Of a stretch of 64,000 nucleotides of DNA, positions 1-12,330 are shown piece by piece. Origin of the DNA: Macrostomum hystrix (lineage: Eukaryota > Animalia > Platyhelminthes); contig CATNEN010000005.1 in the NCBI GenBank assembly GCA_950097015.1, forward strand, positions 3,782,001 to 3,846,000, in the 5' to 3' direction. Position 1 is the stretch's first letter, and every line of letters starts with the position of its first letter. Position numbers and translations under genes: made by a program. Below the pieces are notes generated by a model that had not been told where the DNA came from, ran no database searches, and saw only the letters and a program-made list of their open reading frames with translations.

Positions 1-360
1 AATTAGATTATCTCTTTAAATCTCACCTTTAATCTTTCAAAATCTCACCCTTAATCTATCTAAATCTCACCCTTAATCTCTCTAATTCTCACTCTTATCA
101 CTCTGAATCTCACTATAATCTCTCCAAATCTCACTCTAATCTCTCCAAATTTCACTCTTTTCGCTCTAAATCTCACTTTTATTTCTCTAAATCTCACTCT
201 TATCACTCTAAGTCTCACTCGCGTGCTTCTAGCTCACCTATTGTCTCTAAAAATCCAACTGTATTAGTACTCAAATTCTAGCTTCTGTCCTTCTACATCT
301 CACCTATTCGTATCAGTTGAAAAATCTTAAACCCATCTCTGATTGAAATCTCACCAATAG
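1..360. repeat. Degenerate pyrimidine-rich tandem repeat (AAATCTCACTCT-like) in VPS53 intron 5
   Basis: Recurrent aaatctcac/ctctaaatctc units. Confidence 0.7.
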
Positions 361-424
361 ACTCAGCTCAGTGAACCAAAGCAGCTACAAAGAATTGAAA
401 GCAGATCCAAGTCAATAATCTCAC

Positions 425-3400
425 CATGAACAGGTCAGCACAGCTAGGCAGCAGTTCAGCTCCTCGCTCCAACGGACAAGTGACATCCTGAGCCCAGCGT
501 TGAAGCATTTCAGCCAGGCTCCGATCAACCGACTCAGTGTACAGGCCGAGATGAGGCGCGAAGCATTGAGAGATTGCGCCGGTAAACATGTGCTCAGCTC
601 CCGAGGTAGCAACCGCTGACGACTCACCGGTTGTCGAGACTGTCGCGGGAGTTGATGGCTCCTCTTTTTCTTTGAAAGCAGCAACCACCTGAAGTACCAT
701 GATAGAGATGAGAATAAGATAGTTGAGACTAGATTTTGCCTAGCTATAGATTGGGATCTATATGGAGACAAGATTTTATAGTAGAGAGTATATTAGATGA
801 AAGAAAGTAGATTAGATAGAAGAGAGTAGATTTGATAGAAGAGATTAGATTAGATAGAAGAGAGTAGATTAGATAGAAGAGATTAGATTTGATCGAAGAG
901 AGTATATTTGATAGAAGAGAGTAGATTACATGGAAGAGATTAGATTAGATGGAATAGAGTAGATTTGATAGAAGAGAGTAGATTACATGGAAGAGAGTAG
1001 ATTTGATAGAAGAGATTAGATTAGATAGAAGAGAGTAGATTAGATAGAAAAGAGTAGATTTGATAGAAGAGAGTCGATTAGATAGAAGAGAGTAGATTAC
1101 ATGGAAGAGATTAGATTAGATGGAAGAGATTAGATTACAAGGAAGAGATTAGATTAGATAGAAGAGAGTAGATTAGATAGAAGAGAGTAGATTACATGGA
1201 AGAGATTAGATTAGAAGAAAGAGAGTAGATTAGATGGAAGATATTAGATTAGATGGAAGCGATTAGATTAGATGGAAGAGATTATATTAGATAGAAGAGA
1301 GTAGATTACATGGAAGAGATTAGATTAGATGGAAGAGAGTAGATTAGATAGAAGAGAGTAGATTAGATGGAAGAGAGTAGATTAGACAGAATAGATAAGT
1401 ACTCGTATATCTATCTAGTACCATGATACTAGATAGTTAATAAAATCATACCTGCTCCTCAAACAGTCGAGTCCTTTCAACAGCAAACAGCAACAATTTA
1501 ACGTCCAATTCTTTGGCTCGCTTCTGCATCAGACTGGCTAGTTGGGTTCTGGTGATGTCGCAAAATTCTTTCACTAGACGCTGAGTAACTCGCCATTTGG
1601 TAGGGAACAATCGGGCGTAGCGCTCTTCAAAGCTGAGAACAAACTTCTTCATCCAACCGAAGCGGCTGTCAATCTGAATGATTGGTATTGTTGGGTCATA
1701 GACTGTCAAATGATCGATTTGTGGGGTCATGGACTGTCAAATTATCTATTTGTGGAGTCTTGAACTTTAAATGATCGATTTGTGGAGTCATAGACTGTCA
1801 AATGATCGATTGCTGCGGTCATAGACTGTCAAATGATCTATTTGTGAAGTCATTAACTGTCAAATGATCTATTTGTAGAGTCATAAACTGTTAAACGATT
1901 TGTAGAGTAATAGACTGTTAAATGATCGATTGCTGCGAGCTTTCATATTATCTTAAATGTTATTATTACCTTAAGTAATAATTGCTAACTACACAAAAAA
2001 TCCTAGTTTATCTCCGGTCAATCCGGCCATTCTATCCTGAGTCCTGACTCAGAATATTGTGCAGTGTTGAGCCTGTGGTCCAATTCTTTTTTCAGTAGGT
2101 CTTTACTTCCAGTCTTAGCAGTCTATTCACTTATTCCTTTCTCTGTGACTTCAGTCAATGAGGTCATTCCTTCCTCTGTGCCTTCAGTCAATGCGGTCAT
2201 TCCTTCCACTGTGACTTCAGTCAATGAGGTCATTCCTTCCTCTGTGCCTTCAGTCAATGCGGTCATTCTTTCCACTGTGCCTTCAGTCAATGAGGTCATT
2301 TTTTACGGTCTGTAGAATTGAGTTTGTGATAAGACAATGAATTGCAATGAATGAATTGAATAAAGAACTTTACAGCATTTCAATAGGTTTGCTCTTTTTG
2401 AGAAGATATTGAAAATACATGTATTAGAATCCATATATTGATTTACGGTTCTTACAACTGTTAAATAGTATATACATTTACATGTTGTGAGCTGCGACTC
2501 ACAATGCCCTTTCCCAGACCCCAACGTTCTTTAACTCTCCCACTCCAGCTATCTGGGCGAACAGGTTCTGTCCGGCGCCGTTTTCACCCACCTTCATTTA
2601 TCTTGTTTGTCGCTCGCCCATTGGCTGCCTTCCTGGTTATCTTCGCTGTGAGGGCTAGTCAAACCAAGTCGATCGCCACGGAGGCCTGATTGGCTAGTCT
2701 CCCCCTTCTCTTGCTCTATCGCAAGAGAGCAAATGATTAAATCTGATTTAACTAATAGTTGATTCGGTACGCCTCAAGACCGCCATCCACTCTGGTGCTG
2801 TCCAGTGGCCACCTGCTCGCAGTCAAGTCATCCGCGAATCCTTCTCACAGGGCTTAGCGATTGTCTGTACGCTCCTAGGCCTTCATCTCTACCTCGGAGT
2901 GTCGGTACGCCTTGAGGGTACCCGCTCCCCTTCTATCCTCCCCGGCAAGCTCCGGGCAGTCCGTACCCAAATCCCGACTACCCTTCTGCTGTACGATCGA
3001 CGGTAACGGAAAATGACAACATATATGTTATATTTATTTATTATTATTCTATTTATTATTATTATTCTTATATTATTATTATATTTATTATTATATGTAT
3101 TTAATTCAGGTCGCGAAGCGAAAAACTTCTGCCGACTTTGGTGCTGCCAAAGTTAATGTCCAGGAATGCCACAGCCTGCTTCTTCGAATGCTGTAGCACC
3201 GGTTAGAGTCGAGCCCAACTGTAGCTGACTCTGAGCCGTTCGTAAAATTCAAGTACGGCGGCTTTGAAGGCATGCTGCGAGAGCACCGTGAGCGGTACAG
3301 TCCGCTTTTGGCCGCCGTCACCGCCGCTGATGAGCTTCCTATCAAGAAGGCGCAGGCTGAGCAAAGTGCAAAAGATCGCAAGGCCGCCACTCCCGCCTGG

Positions 3401-6400
3401 ACATTTGGTCCGGTATTTCGTCCGAAGTCTCTTCCGTATTTTCATCCGGCACGCAATGTATTTTTGCCGTTTAAAATGCCGGATGAATCCGGCAGAAGAG
3501 TTAACATTCCGGACGAAAACCTGCTAGATCCAACTTTAATCCGGAAAATACCCCAAATCCGGACCAATCCGGACAAAGGGCGGATAAACTCCGGACCAAA
3601 TGTCCAGGCGGGCTGACAGCAGCGACGCTGATGAAGCTCCGCGAAAGAAGGGCCGCGCGGGCTGGCAGGCAGGCGATCTGCTATTCGCATCTTGGCCTAC
3701 GCCGGATGTGTCCTGGTGGCCGGCCTTCGTGTGCTTACCGCCGAATTGCAAGGCGGTACGCGGTAATCGTGTTCACGTGCAGTTTTTTGACCAGCCCCAA
3801 ACACGCGGCTGGGTTACAAAAACTCGACACTTACCAGCCCAGGAATGGAGGACATTGAAGGCCCCAGAGAATTCAAGGCTGCTTTCCATGCCATGAAAGC
3901 AGCAGCCAAGATGACGGCAACAGACAGACTTAAAAAACTATGCATATTATGCCTCGAAATTCCTTGGGCTTAACCACACTATAACTTTTTTGAATTTCTA
4001 GAACGTCACTAGTACGTCACAAGTCATTGTTTTCATTTTTATAAATAAACATATTTTAAGAAGAAATTAAGTTTTGTAATTAATAAAATAATCAAGCGTA
4101 ACTGGTTAGCTCTTTGTCCTAGCTTACCTCCGGTCAACCTAGCCATTCTATCCTGACTCAGAATATTGTGCAGTGTTGAGCTTGTGGTCCGATTCTCATT
4201 TCAGTAGGTCATTAATTCCAGTCTTAGCAGTCTATTCACTCATTCTTACCTATGTGACTTCAGTCAATGCGGTCATTCTTTTTTAATTTTTTATTCTTTC
4301 AGAACTTGCGGAAATCAAAAATACCACCGTTCATCTCGTTCGTCGGATGATAAAGCGGCAGGTGCAGAAAACGGCTTTCGGGCATGAAATTTGCCGAATG
4401 TTCGGCGCCTCTGTCGATCCTGATGCCGTCGAAATCGCCTGTGCAGAGGCTACCGGTGGAGAGAATGAGCCGGCTGAACAGCTGCAAAGGACCGGCATGC
4501 CGCCTTCAAAAAAAGCCCACGGCATACTACATTCGCCAACCTCTAAGCTCTAGGCAGTCGGAGGAGCTGCAAAACAGAGTGGACGCTGTCCTCGTATCTC
4601 AAGACACCACTTTGCATGAGAGCCGGAATTCCGGCCTGTAAAACAGGCAACGATCGGGTGTACCTCTTATCGACGGCATTTCGTCTATCAAGAATTTGCT
4701 TGTTTCTGTTGAGGACCGTCTGGCCGTAGAAAGAGCACTAAAGAGAAATGAAGGACGACCTTTCGAATTCGAATAACGCACAGGCTAAAAAAGCAGCGGA
4801 GGTGGCCAAAAGTTGATTAATCCGAACTGTATTGCGCGCCGTATTTACGGCAGATGAATTTCGGAAGTCCACCGCAAGCGGTCGCCGGGCGTCCAACGAA
4901 ACAGCCGCAGTTGTTCGCTCGGCTAACAGCGTTCGCTCGGCTCGTGCGGGTCAACTGCAACAACAGTGGCATGCCAGTCACATTACCCGAGGTTCAACAC
5001 GCCTTTGGACGCTGCCGGGAAAACGCCCTTTTCCAGGACCGGCCAGCCGAAGTCCGCGAACGCAAGGTGGCTCAAGTAAAGGCTCGAAGTTTCGCAATGT
5101 CTCAACAGCCGGAACAGCCGGATCAAGCGGAAAATGCCGACCGACGCGCTAGCGTAGACGCCGCCGTCGGACCTACTCGGGGAGGGAGGCGCAAGAGGAT
5201 GCGCGTTGCGCAAGAGGAAATTGCCCCACGCACCCAAGGCGATGCTGGTCCCGCATTAATCGACTCTCGCGGCAATCTCCTAGAAGAAGGCGACGATTTG
5301 ACAGCCAGAGGGAATCCAACAGATTTAGACGCGGCAACCGGGCCTCTGGACAATGATGAATTATAAAAAAGCACAATGAACCCGTACACTGGATAGGAAG
5401 AATCACTCTGCTGGCTATATATATTGACGAAAGTGTTCACATAAACGTATACGTTGTTCCCAGGAAAACTTATTGGGCTTTCTTTCCAATTTCTTTCCTT
5501 ATTTTATTCGGTTACCCGGATCAGACACTATCCCGTACCCTTCGCCCGAAAAAATGACCCGGCTAGGACACCAATCCATACTCTTCGCACGGAAACTGAT
5601 CCGGATTGCACACCAATCCGTACTCTTCGCACGGGATTGCACACCAATCCGTACTCTTCGCATGGAAACTGACCCGGATTGGACACCAATCCGTACTCTT
5701 CGCACGGAAACTGACCCGGATTGGACACCAATCCGTACTCTTCGCACGGAAACTGACCCGGATTGGACACCAATCCGTGCTCTTCGCACGGATCCGGATA
5801 GACAGCCTGGAATATTCAGTACTTTTCGGGTCAAACTTGCAATAATCTGTGTTCTCCGATCAGGTGTTTCGTCCCGGAACGTTTTTAGCTGATCCGGCTA
5901 CCAGTTTCGGAACGAAAAAGTATGAACGGCCGGATCACGAACGAAATCCAGATTACATTGTAAACTTTCGTCACTTTTACGAGCCAATTTACCGGATCAC
6001 AATACATTACAGAATAGGAAAAATTGCCGGGTGCAGACAAAAATTTACGGGCCAAGTTTCCGGGCGAATTTTTTACGGGTCCTCTGTGCCTTCAGTAAAT
6101 GCAGTCATTTCTTCCTCTGTGCCTTCAGTCAATGCGGTCATTCTTTCCTCTGTGACTTGAGTCAATGCGGTCATTCCTTCCTCTGTGACTTCAGTCAATG
6201 CGGTCATTCCTTCCTCTGTACCTTCAGTCTATGCGATCATTCCTTCCTCTGTGCCTTCAGTCTATGCGGTCGTTCTTTCCTGACCTAAAACATTGGGCAG
6301 TGTTAAGCTATCGAGGGTACATCAGTGGTGTTTTGTCTGTGGCCTTTAAAACTCTTTTCTTCATGGTCCTCAGTGGTATTGATGGTGTCTCCTAAGTTCA

Positions 6401-9400
6401 GGGTCCTCCATTTGTCTTCTGTCTATGGTCCTTTAGTTGTCTTTTGTCCATTGTCCTTAGTAGTTTTTTGTTCACGGTCCTCCAGTGGACTTTTGTCTAT
6501 GGCCCTTAGTAGTTTATTGTTTATGGTCCTCAAGTGGTCGTTTGTCCATGGTCCTACTGTGGTCCTTTGGAATTATCAGTTCACCCAGCTGTGGTCCTTT
6601 GTTCCATGGTTCTCCAGTGGTCTTTTGTTTAAGGTCCTCCAGTGGACTGCCTGTATTATAAATAGTTATATTTGACAAAAGGCGTATTCGCAAGAAAGAC
6701 ATGTAAATAGTAGTCCAGCTGACGAGTACTCGCTGATTTTTTTTAAGTGGAAGTCGTGGCGCCATGGGTGCGTTTTTTTACGAGCCACTTATTTTTATAT
6801 GCTCCCTGGCTATTCATTTTCTTCGAAAATTTGTGTGTAAGAACATTTGCTTATTAATTACGTTTAAATGTTAATATCGTATTTATCAGTCCGTGTAAGT
6901 TCACTGCGTTCATTTTTTTCTCCGTGTCAGATCACATTGACTTTTCCACCAAGATTCCAGAGATTTTTTTCCCAACCAGGTAATTTTCTCCAGCTCCTGT
7001 TATCCTGTGATATTAACGGGTTTGAAGCTTAGTAGGGGGTTGTACCCTAGTGGTAAGAGCGCTGGAAGATCGGGGGTTCGATTCTCGACTCCATTGGGAC
7101 AATTTGTGTTCTTTAGCAAGACACTTTTACTCTGCATTACTTCAGTTCACCCAGCTGTTAAATGGGAGGATGGGTGTGGCGCCTCCCACCCAGTCCATGG
7201 ACTGAACAGCCGTACGCAGCCTTCAGATGCGCAGGTGAAATCAATTATTATTACGAGTAACTATTTCGTTGTTTCCAAGCCCGGAACAAACCTTAGTAAG
7301 CCAGGCTGCCTCCTGTGTCTCTTCGAATAGAACCGCGTACTCGGCCAGCTGTTGCTGCACAAACTTGTCCAGCACTTCAGTTCGAACTCTTGCCTCCATG
7401 AGATCTGCTAATCGACAGCAAGCCTCAACTTGACCCCGCTGCTGTTGTAGCTCCCTAGGCGGGCCGGTTAGCAAATCGCGCAGTTCACTTTTAATCCGGC
7501 CGCTTAATTCGGCTTCAAGCGAGCGGGCCTCGTTGCGCAACTGCTGCAGCTGGGGAATGTCCATGAATCTGTCCAGGCCAGCCGTCACCTCGTGTATCTG
7601 GCATCAAAGTGGCGGATAGAATGTGCCATCTTTAAAGCTTAAATTTCGAAAAAAAAACAGTAAGCCAATTTTTATGGATGTGCCACTAAAATTAAGTGCC
7701 ATTTTGATAAAACTGACCAAACAGCTTGTCAAAACTAACGCTTCATTTTTTTAAAACTGACGTCTTATTTTATTTCAATCTGGTGTGCCAGATTTACAAA
7801 ATCTGACGTTTCATTTTTTAAAGGTGGGTACCATTTTATTAAAACTAACGTGTCATTTTGTAAAAACTGACGTGTCATTCTGTAAACACTGACGTGTCAT
7901 TTTGTAAAAATGGGCTTGCTATTCTGTAAAACTAGCTTGCCATCTGATAAAAAACGGGCGTGCCACATTTTAGAAACTGGCGAGCTTCAAGTGTTATTAG
8001 CTTAAAAAGACGTATTATTTTTTTCTGAAATCAATGTGCCATTTTGCCAAAAGCTAACATGCCATTTTTTGCTCAATAGACTGCCATAATTTTTAAAAGC
8101 AAAGCGCCATTATTTTAACAAACGAAAACCATATGGCTGACCTTTCCCAAGCACTGCGCCATCGGATCGTAGGGCCGGTCAGTTCTCAGCATTAGTGCTT
8201 TCATTTCGTCCACACCGTTGATGAGAATAACAACCTGATTTAGGGCGGTGATGCTGCCAGTTAGATTCCGTTTGGCCGTGTCTAGTCGCCTAATATCGCG
8301 AGTCAAATCTAGCACGGCCGCCTCGGAACGATCGGCTCTTTCTTTGATGTCGCGCATTCGATCAAATAGATCCGCTATAGCCGCCCTGGCTGCGTCGATG
8401 GCGGCGCAGCTGTCGTCTGTGAGGTCGGCGCTGCCGCTGCTTGCTTTGACACCTAAAGCGACTGATTCACCCTGCGAGCAAAATTTGTTTTATTAGATCA
8501 TTAATAAATAATAAATTACAGCTGCCCCTATTGGGCCAGATGTGCAGCCAACAGCACACCCACTGCATCTGAAGATGGTGTATAGAGCTGTGCAGTCCAT
8601 GGACCCATGGTCCATGGTCCACCCTCAATTACCCCAGCTGATGCTGGTACCTATTTAACAGCTGGGTGAATTGAATCAATGTAAATTTAAGTATCTTGCT
8701 AAAGGACACAAATATTCCCAATGCAGTCTGGAATCGAACCCCCGACCTCCAAGTCATCAGTCCAACGCTCTAACCACTAGGCTGCTACCTCCTCTCTCAT
8801 TAGTTGATTAGAAGATAACGACTAAAAACTATTTACAAATGATTTTTCCCTACAAAAGTGTCTTAAATATACAAGTTTTATTGTTTTCCTGGATAAGCAC
8901 TTTACATTTATTTTAGAACTAGTCGAGTATCATTTCCATAGAACTTCACACAACTAGTTATCAACAAATCGTTTGACTTTTACAGAATCAAGAAACCAAG
9001 TTAGCGGCAGAGTGGTTAATTCCTTTTCCTCTCGAACCAAAGTGCCTTTGCTGGATTTGGCGGCGAGGCCACATTCTTTTGGGGCTGTACAACCGATGTA
9101 CACACTATTTGTGTGCTCAAAAGTCAGTGGATGGGCAGAATTGCCTCTCGCTTGCTGTAGGTCTATTGTCACCAACTGCTTTAGGTCAAGAACTTCAAAA
9201 TGCTGTCATAGAATAGCTCATAACTCTTAAATAGGTCATAATATTCATAAGTTCTTTAACTAGATCAAGAACCATTCAAAAGACTTCATATAATAGGTCA
9301 ATGCAGTCCAATTTTTTTGGATTGATTGCTAATGATTGCAGAATAATTACATTACTCACCTGAACAGCTATGCGCAGCTCAGCATCAAGTTGTGATATCT

Positions 9401-9608
9401 GAGCTCGTATACCAGATAGCACATCATCTAGCCCTGCCAGACTCTGCTCTGTAGGAAATATCTTATTTATATAATCGGTTGGACAGAAATTTGCCTGATC
9501 CAATGGATCATTGGGATCAACTAGTTCTTGGAGAGCTGCTTCAACTTCTGGTGGAAACACTATCATTGCTTGGAGATCCTGAGATGAAACTTCTGTATCT
9601 GACGACAT
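425..9608 (-). CDS. VPS53: Vacuolar protein sorting 53 (GARP/EARP subunit), 5' five exons; gene continues beyond the window start
   Basis: Exons 9608-9360, 8471-8142, 7597-7292, 1673-1452 and 688-425, all phase 0 with GT-AG boundaries. The translation has typical Vps53 N-terminal motifs: DPLDQANFCPTDYINKIFPTEQSLAGLD, TRDIRRLDTAKRNLTGSITALN, EAAWLTKIDSRFGWMKK, FTGAISQCFAPHL, LPSCADLF. Confidence 0.95.
760..1400. repeat. Purine-rich minisatellite (AGATTAGATRGAAGAG[AGT]) filling VPS53 intron 4
   Basis: Dozens of 16-21 bp units visible directly. Confidence 0.9.
1720..1940. repeat. ~31-bp tandem repeat next to VPS53 exon 4
   Basis: Unit GATCGATTTGTGGAGTCATAGACTGTCAAAT, about 7 copies. Confidence 0.85.
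2140..2300. repeat. 33-bp minisatellite, left block
   Basis: Unit TTCCTCTGTGCCTTCAGTCAATGCGGTCATTCC; the same unit resumes at ~6080. Confidence 0.9.
2483..3021. mobile_element. Candidate solo LTR
   Basis: GC-rich 539-bp block in AT-rich flanks, with inverted termini TGTTGT...ACAACA and CCAAT-like boxes. Flanks TACA/TATA are only a 3/4 TSD match. Confidence 0.45.
3110..3973 (+). pseudogene. Decayed PWWP-domain terminal exon (MSH6/NSD-like PWWP), antisense inside VPS53 intron 3
   Basis: Splice acceptor ending 3109, in-frame TAG at 3194-3196, MITE insertion 3392-3612, and a late frameshift. Reconstructed motif: WQAGDLLFASWPTPDVSWWPAFVC...RVHVQFFDQPQTRGWV. Confidence 0.75.
3392..3612. mobile_element. 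221-bp MITE with CCC termini and 2-bp TSD (CMC/EnSpm-like)
   Basis: Perfect 22-bp TIR CCCGCCTGGACATTTGGTCCGG / CCGGACCAAATGTCCAGGCGGG, with CT duplicated at 3390-91 and 3613-14. Removing it restores the frame KAAT-DSSDADE. Confidence 0.9.
4303..5366 (+). pseudogene. Decayed ORF with a probable BEN domain, antisense inside VPS53 intron 3
   Basis: Acceptor at 4301-4302, with several stops and frameshifts. Joining frames near 4885 gives LRAVFTADEFRKSTASGR-PTKQPQLFARLTAFARLVRVNCNNSGMPVTLPEVQHAFGRCRENA, which resembles the BEN consensus (L..lFt.eE....s..G......L...rl.ai). Judged by eye only. Confidence 0.5.
5570..5795. repeat. 42-bp tandem repeat in a CCGG-rich, probably transposon-derived block (~5450-6080)
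   Basis: Unit GTACTCTTCGCACGGAAACTGACCCGGATTGGACACCAATCC, about 5 copies. Confidence 0.85.
6080..6280. repeat. 33-bp minisatellite, right block
   Basis: Same unit as 2140-2300, about 6 copies. Confidence 0.9.
7034..7240 (+). mobile_element. tRNA-derived CORE-like SINE (family B)
   Basis: tRNA-like head (CCTAGTGGTAAGAGCG...GGTTCGATTC) followed by TGTGTTCTTTAGCAAGACACTT...CTTCAGTTCACCCAGCTGTTAAATGGG, resembling the CORE domain. Confidence 0.75.
8525..8790 (-). mobile_element. CORE-like SINE (family B)
   Basis: Minus strand reads GGTAGCAGCCTAGTGGTTAGAGCGTTGGACT...GGTTCGATTCC, then the CORE-like body. Confidence 0.8.
9005..9175 (+). mobile_element. tRNA-derived SINE family A, internally deleted and diverged copy
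   Basis: Matches head (GGCAGAGTGGTT...GCGGCGAGGCCACATT) and tail (ATGGGCAGAATTGCCTC) of the 14668 copy. Confidence 0.7.
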
Positions 9609-10337
9609 TATTCTTTATGCCCTGTAATTTAGAAAGTGTTTCAAGATCAAACATTAGGACTAAAGACTAATTTAAGCCTGACTTCCTATGCACATAATGA
9701 AGGATTTAAAATATATGGACATAATAACAAAGAGCTACATCTTCATTGTGATTGTGATATCAGTTGTCTTTAATGCTGTATAAAATTTGGGTTGCCATTT
9801 TGTCTGCCACCTGTTCATCTGCCCATAAACAATATAGTCGTTTTGTGTGCCATTAATATGATTAATAGCATTAAATCATCAGTAAATATTTCCTAATGAT
9901 CTGAAACATCCTCAAAAGTATGTGATTGTTATTGCCAATTAATTTTAAGTTGAATAATTTGAACAATTACTGTATATTGAAGCACCAATGTTGCTTATTT
10001 TATTTTTTCTGTAACAAATGGACAAAAAGTGAATGAAAGACCCATATATATGTAAATGAGGCATATTCTCACAAAGTGTAAATCCATGCAAAATGTAAAT
10101 CTGCATGTAATAAATATAAAAGGCACAAAGTGTAAAGGCATACTGTAAATGGCATGGTGTTTAGGTTGTATAGTCTATTTACAAATTACACATGTATCCA
10201 TGGTGATAAAAATACTGAGGTCACACGTCACTTGAAAAGAACTTTGGAACAGTGTGTCAAAAGTATCAGATTTAATAGTTGTATTTCGTAGAAAATTAAA
10301 TAATAACAAAACATATAAATAAAAACAAATATATATA

Positions 10338-12330
10338 CTACGGGTGTGTCATAAGTAATGTCACTGTGGTTGTTGTGTGGTAACCCAAAGCAATAATCAT
10401 CCAAATATATTATATTCTGAAAGTACATTTATTGAGAAGTTGCCACCACACCTGAGCAGCAATTTTAATGTCTATGGCCAAAACTGTCGCAAGAATTTGT
10501 TAATCAGATTTAGCAAGCGCAACGCGATGAAATTTTCTTTTTGCAACGAGCAAAACTCAACATGAATCACGACAAGACGCACATCCAGTTCTACGCTTTC
10601 ATTCGCTTCAAGCTTGGAAAATCTGCACTTGAAGTAGAGGAGGATCTCCGGAACACACTGCCAGACAACTGCCCAACTCGCAGGACAATTTACAGGTGGT
10701 TTCAGAACTTTACTGATCCTGGGTTCGAATTGGGAGATGCCGCCATATCTGGACGACCAATGTTCAACCAGGACAATAGAGAACATCGAAGTCATCAGCG
10801 ACCTGGTCAAGGAAGACCCATGGCAGTCTGTCAGGGAGCTAGCGGACTGCTTGGAGATTGATTTCAAGACAGTCCATCGCATCTTGACAGAGGATCTCCA
10901 TCTCCGAAACGTCTGCTCGGTCTGGGTGCCCCATGACCTCACTGCGGACCAACGTCAGGCCCGTGTGAACTGCGCCAATCAGATCCGCAAGGTGTTCAGC
11001 AGCCGGGGCTTGGATGACATCCTAAACTGCCTGGTTGTTGAGGATGAGACCTGGCTCCACCTGGATGGCAAAAGCAGCAAGGCAGACAATCGCTGCTGGC
11101 TGGGAGCTGGGGACTCCAGGCTGACTGTGACCAGGAGGTCCATCTCAGACAAGAAGACCATGCTGCTGGTGGCATTCACGCTAAACAAACGAGTCTCCAT
11201 CTGTACAACTCCGCCAAACACCAAGGTCGATGGCCAGTACTTCATCGACTTTGTCCGACACACTGGGAACCTCTGGCGCACGCTCCGGTCAATTACCCAA
11301 TTCACCTGAACAAAGTTCTGTGGCAGATGGACAACACACAGCCCCACACCTGTAAGGCTGTTTCGGATTTTCTGGCTGGACGGTGAGTAAATCTGCTGTG
11401 GCAGAGTCCCTACAGCCCAGACTTCAACTTGTGCGACAGGTTTCTCTTTAAATGGCTGAAGGCAGACTTTTCCCAGAGAAGTTTTGCAAACCATGATGAG
11501 GTCAAAGAAGCCGCGTTGCACTGGTTCCGACAGCTGGAGGAAAAACACCTGCAGGCTGAGGCCATAGTCAGGAAGGTGTCCGTATGCCGGAATTTTCCGG
11601 CGTACATCAGCCCCCCCCAAAAAAGTGGCGTACAGTTTCACGTACACGCGATCCGAAAAATGGCGTACAGAGTTCTTGGCGTACACAACACAGTTTTCAC
11701 ATGCAAAAATCTGTCCAAAAATCGGCCTACAATATTTGCATGTGATTGGCGTAAGAACAAACATTTAAATTTTAGTGTATTTTAGTTTATTCAATTTTAG
11801 TGAATTGGTAAATCTATTTTCATCTTAAAAATGCTGAAATTACGTAAATTTTGAATCTGATTTATTTATTTTAACTTATTAACTAATTCTGTACAATAAT
11901 TACTTTAGTATTTTAGATTTCTTCACGTTACAACAGATGACATACAGGTAAGTAAAGATTTAAGTTGCAAATTTCGCGCATTTGCAGTTTTATTTTATTA
12001 CATTTGTTGCACTATAAATTGCAGCGTTTTTTTGGGTCCTCAATTTTGGCGTACGCTTTTTTGGGCTATTCAATTTTGGCGTACGTCAAAAAGCGCTTTT
12101 TTAGGGCTTTTCAATTTTGGCGTACACAACCTTTTTTTCTTAATTTTCATTCCGGCGTACACTGGACACCTTCCTGACTATGGGGCTGAGGTAGAGAAGC
12201 TGTACGAGCACTGCCAGAGGGTGATTGATATTAGGGGACACTATGTTGTTGATTGATACAGTTTTGTTCATCTGCGATTGTTAGTTGGTCTGTTTTACCC
12301 TCAGTGACATTACTTATGACACACCCGAAG
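10338..12330 (+). mobile_element. Mariner (Tc1/mariner, DD34D) element with a decayed transposase
   Basis: 29-bp TIRs CT(A/T)CGGGTGTGTCATAAGTAATGTCACTG (1 mismatch) flanked by TA. The transposase starts at ATG 10562 and has WVPHDL, DETW, MDN and SPYSPDFNLCD motifs, with 34 residues between the 2nd and 3rd Asp. It carries two frameshifts, one TGA and a nested MITE. Confidence 0.95.
11562..12183. mobile_element. 622-bp non-autonomous DNA transposon nested in the mariner, 8-bp TSD
   Basis: 20-bp perfect TIR CCATAGTCAGGAAGGTGTCC and TSD GGCTGAGG at 11554-61 and 12184-91. Removal restores HLQAEVEKLYEHCQRVIDIRGHYVVD*. About 10 subterminal GGCGTAC motifs. Confidence 0.92.

Noticed and set aside
4840-4960. 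Tyrosine-recombinase reading of ADEFRKSTAS
   Set aside because: No downstream catalytic His/Tyr motif; the frameshift-joined sequence fits a BEN domain better.
8700-8790. tRNA genes (also at 7034, 14668, 41425 and others)
   Set aside because: tRNA-like A/B boxes lack a complete acceptor stem and continue into shared SINE bodies.
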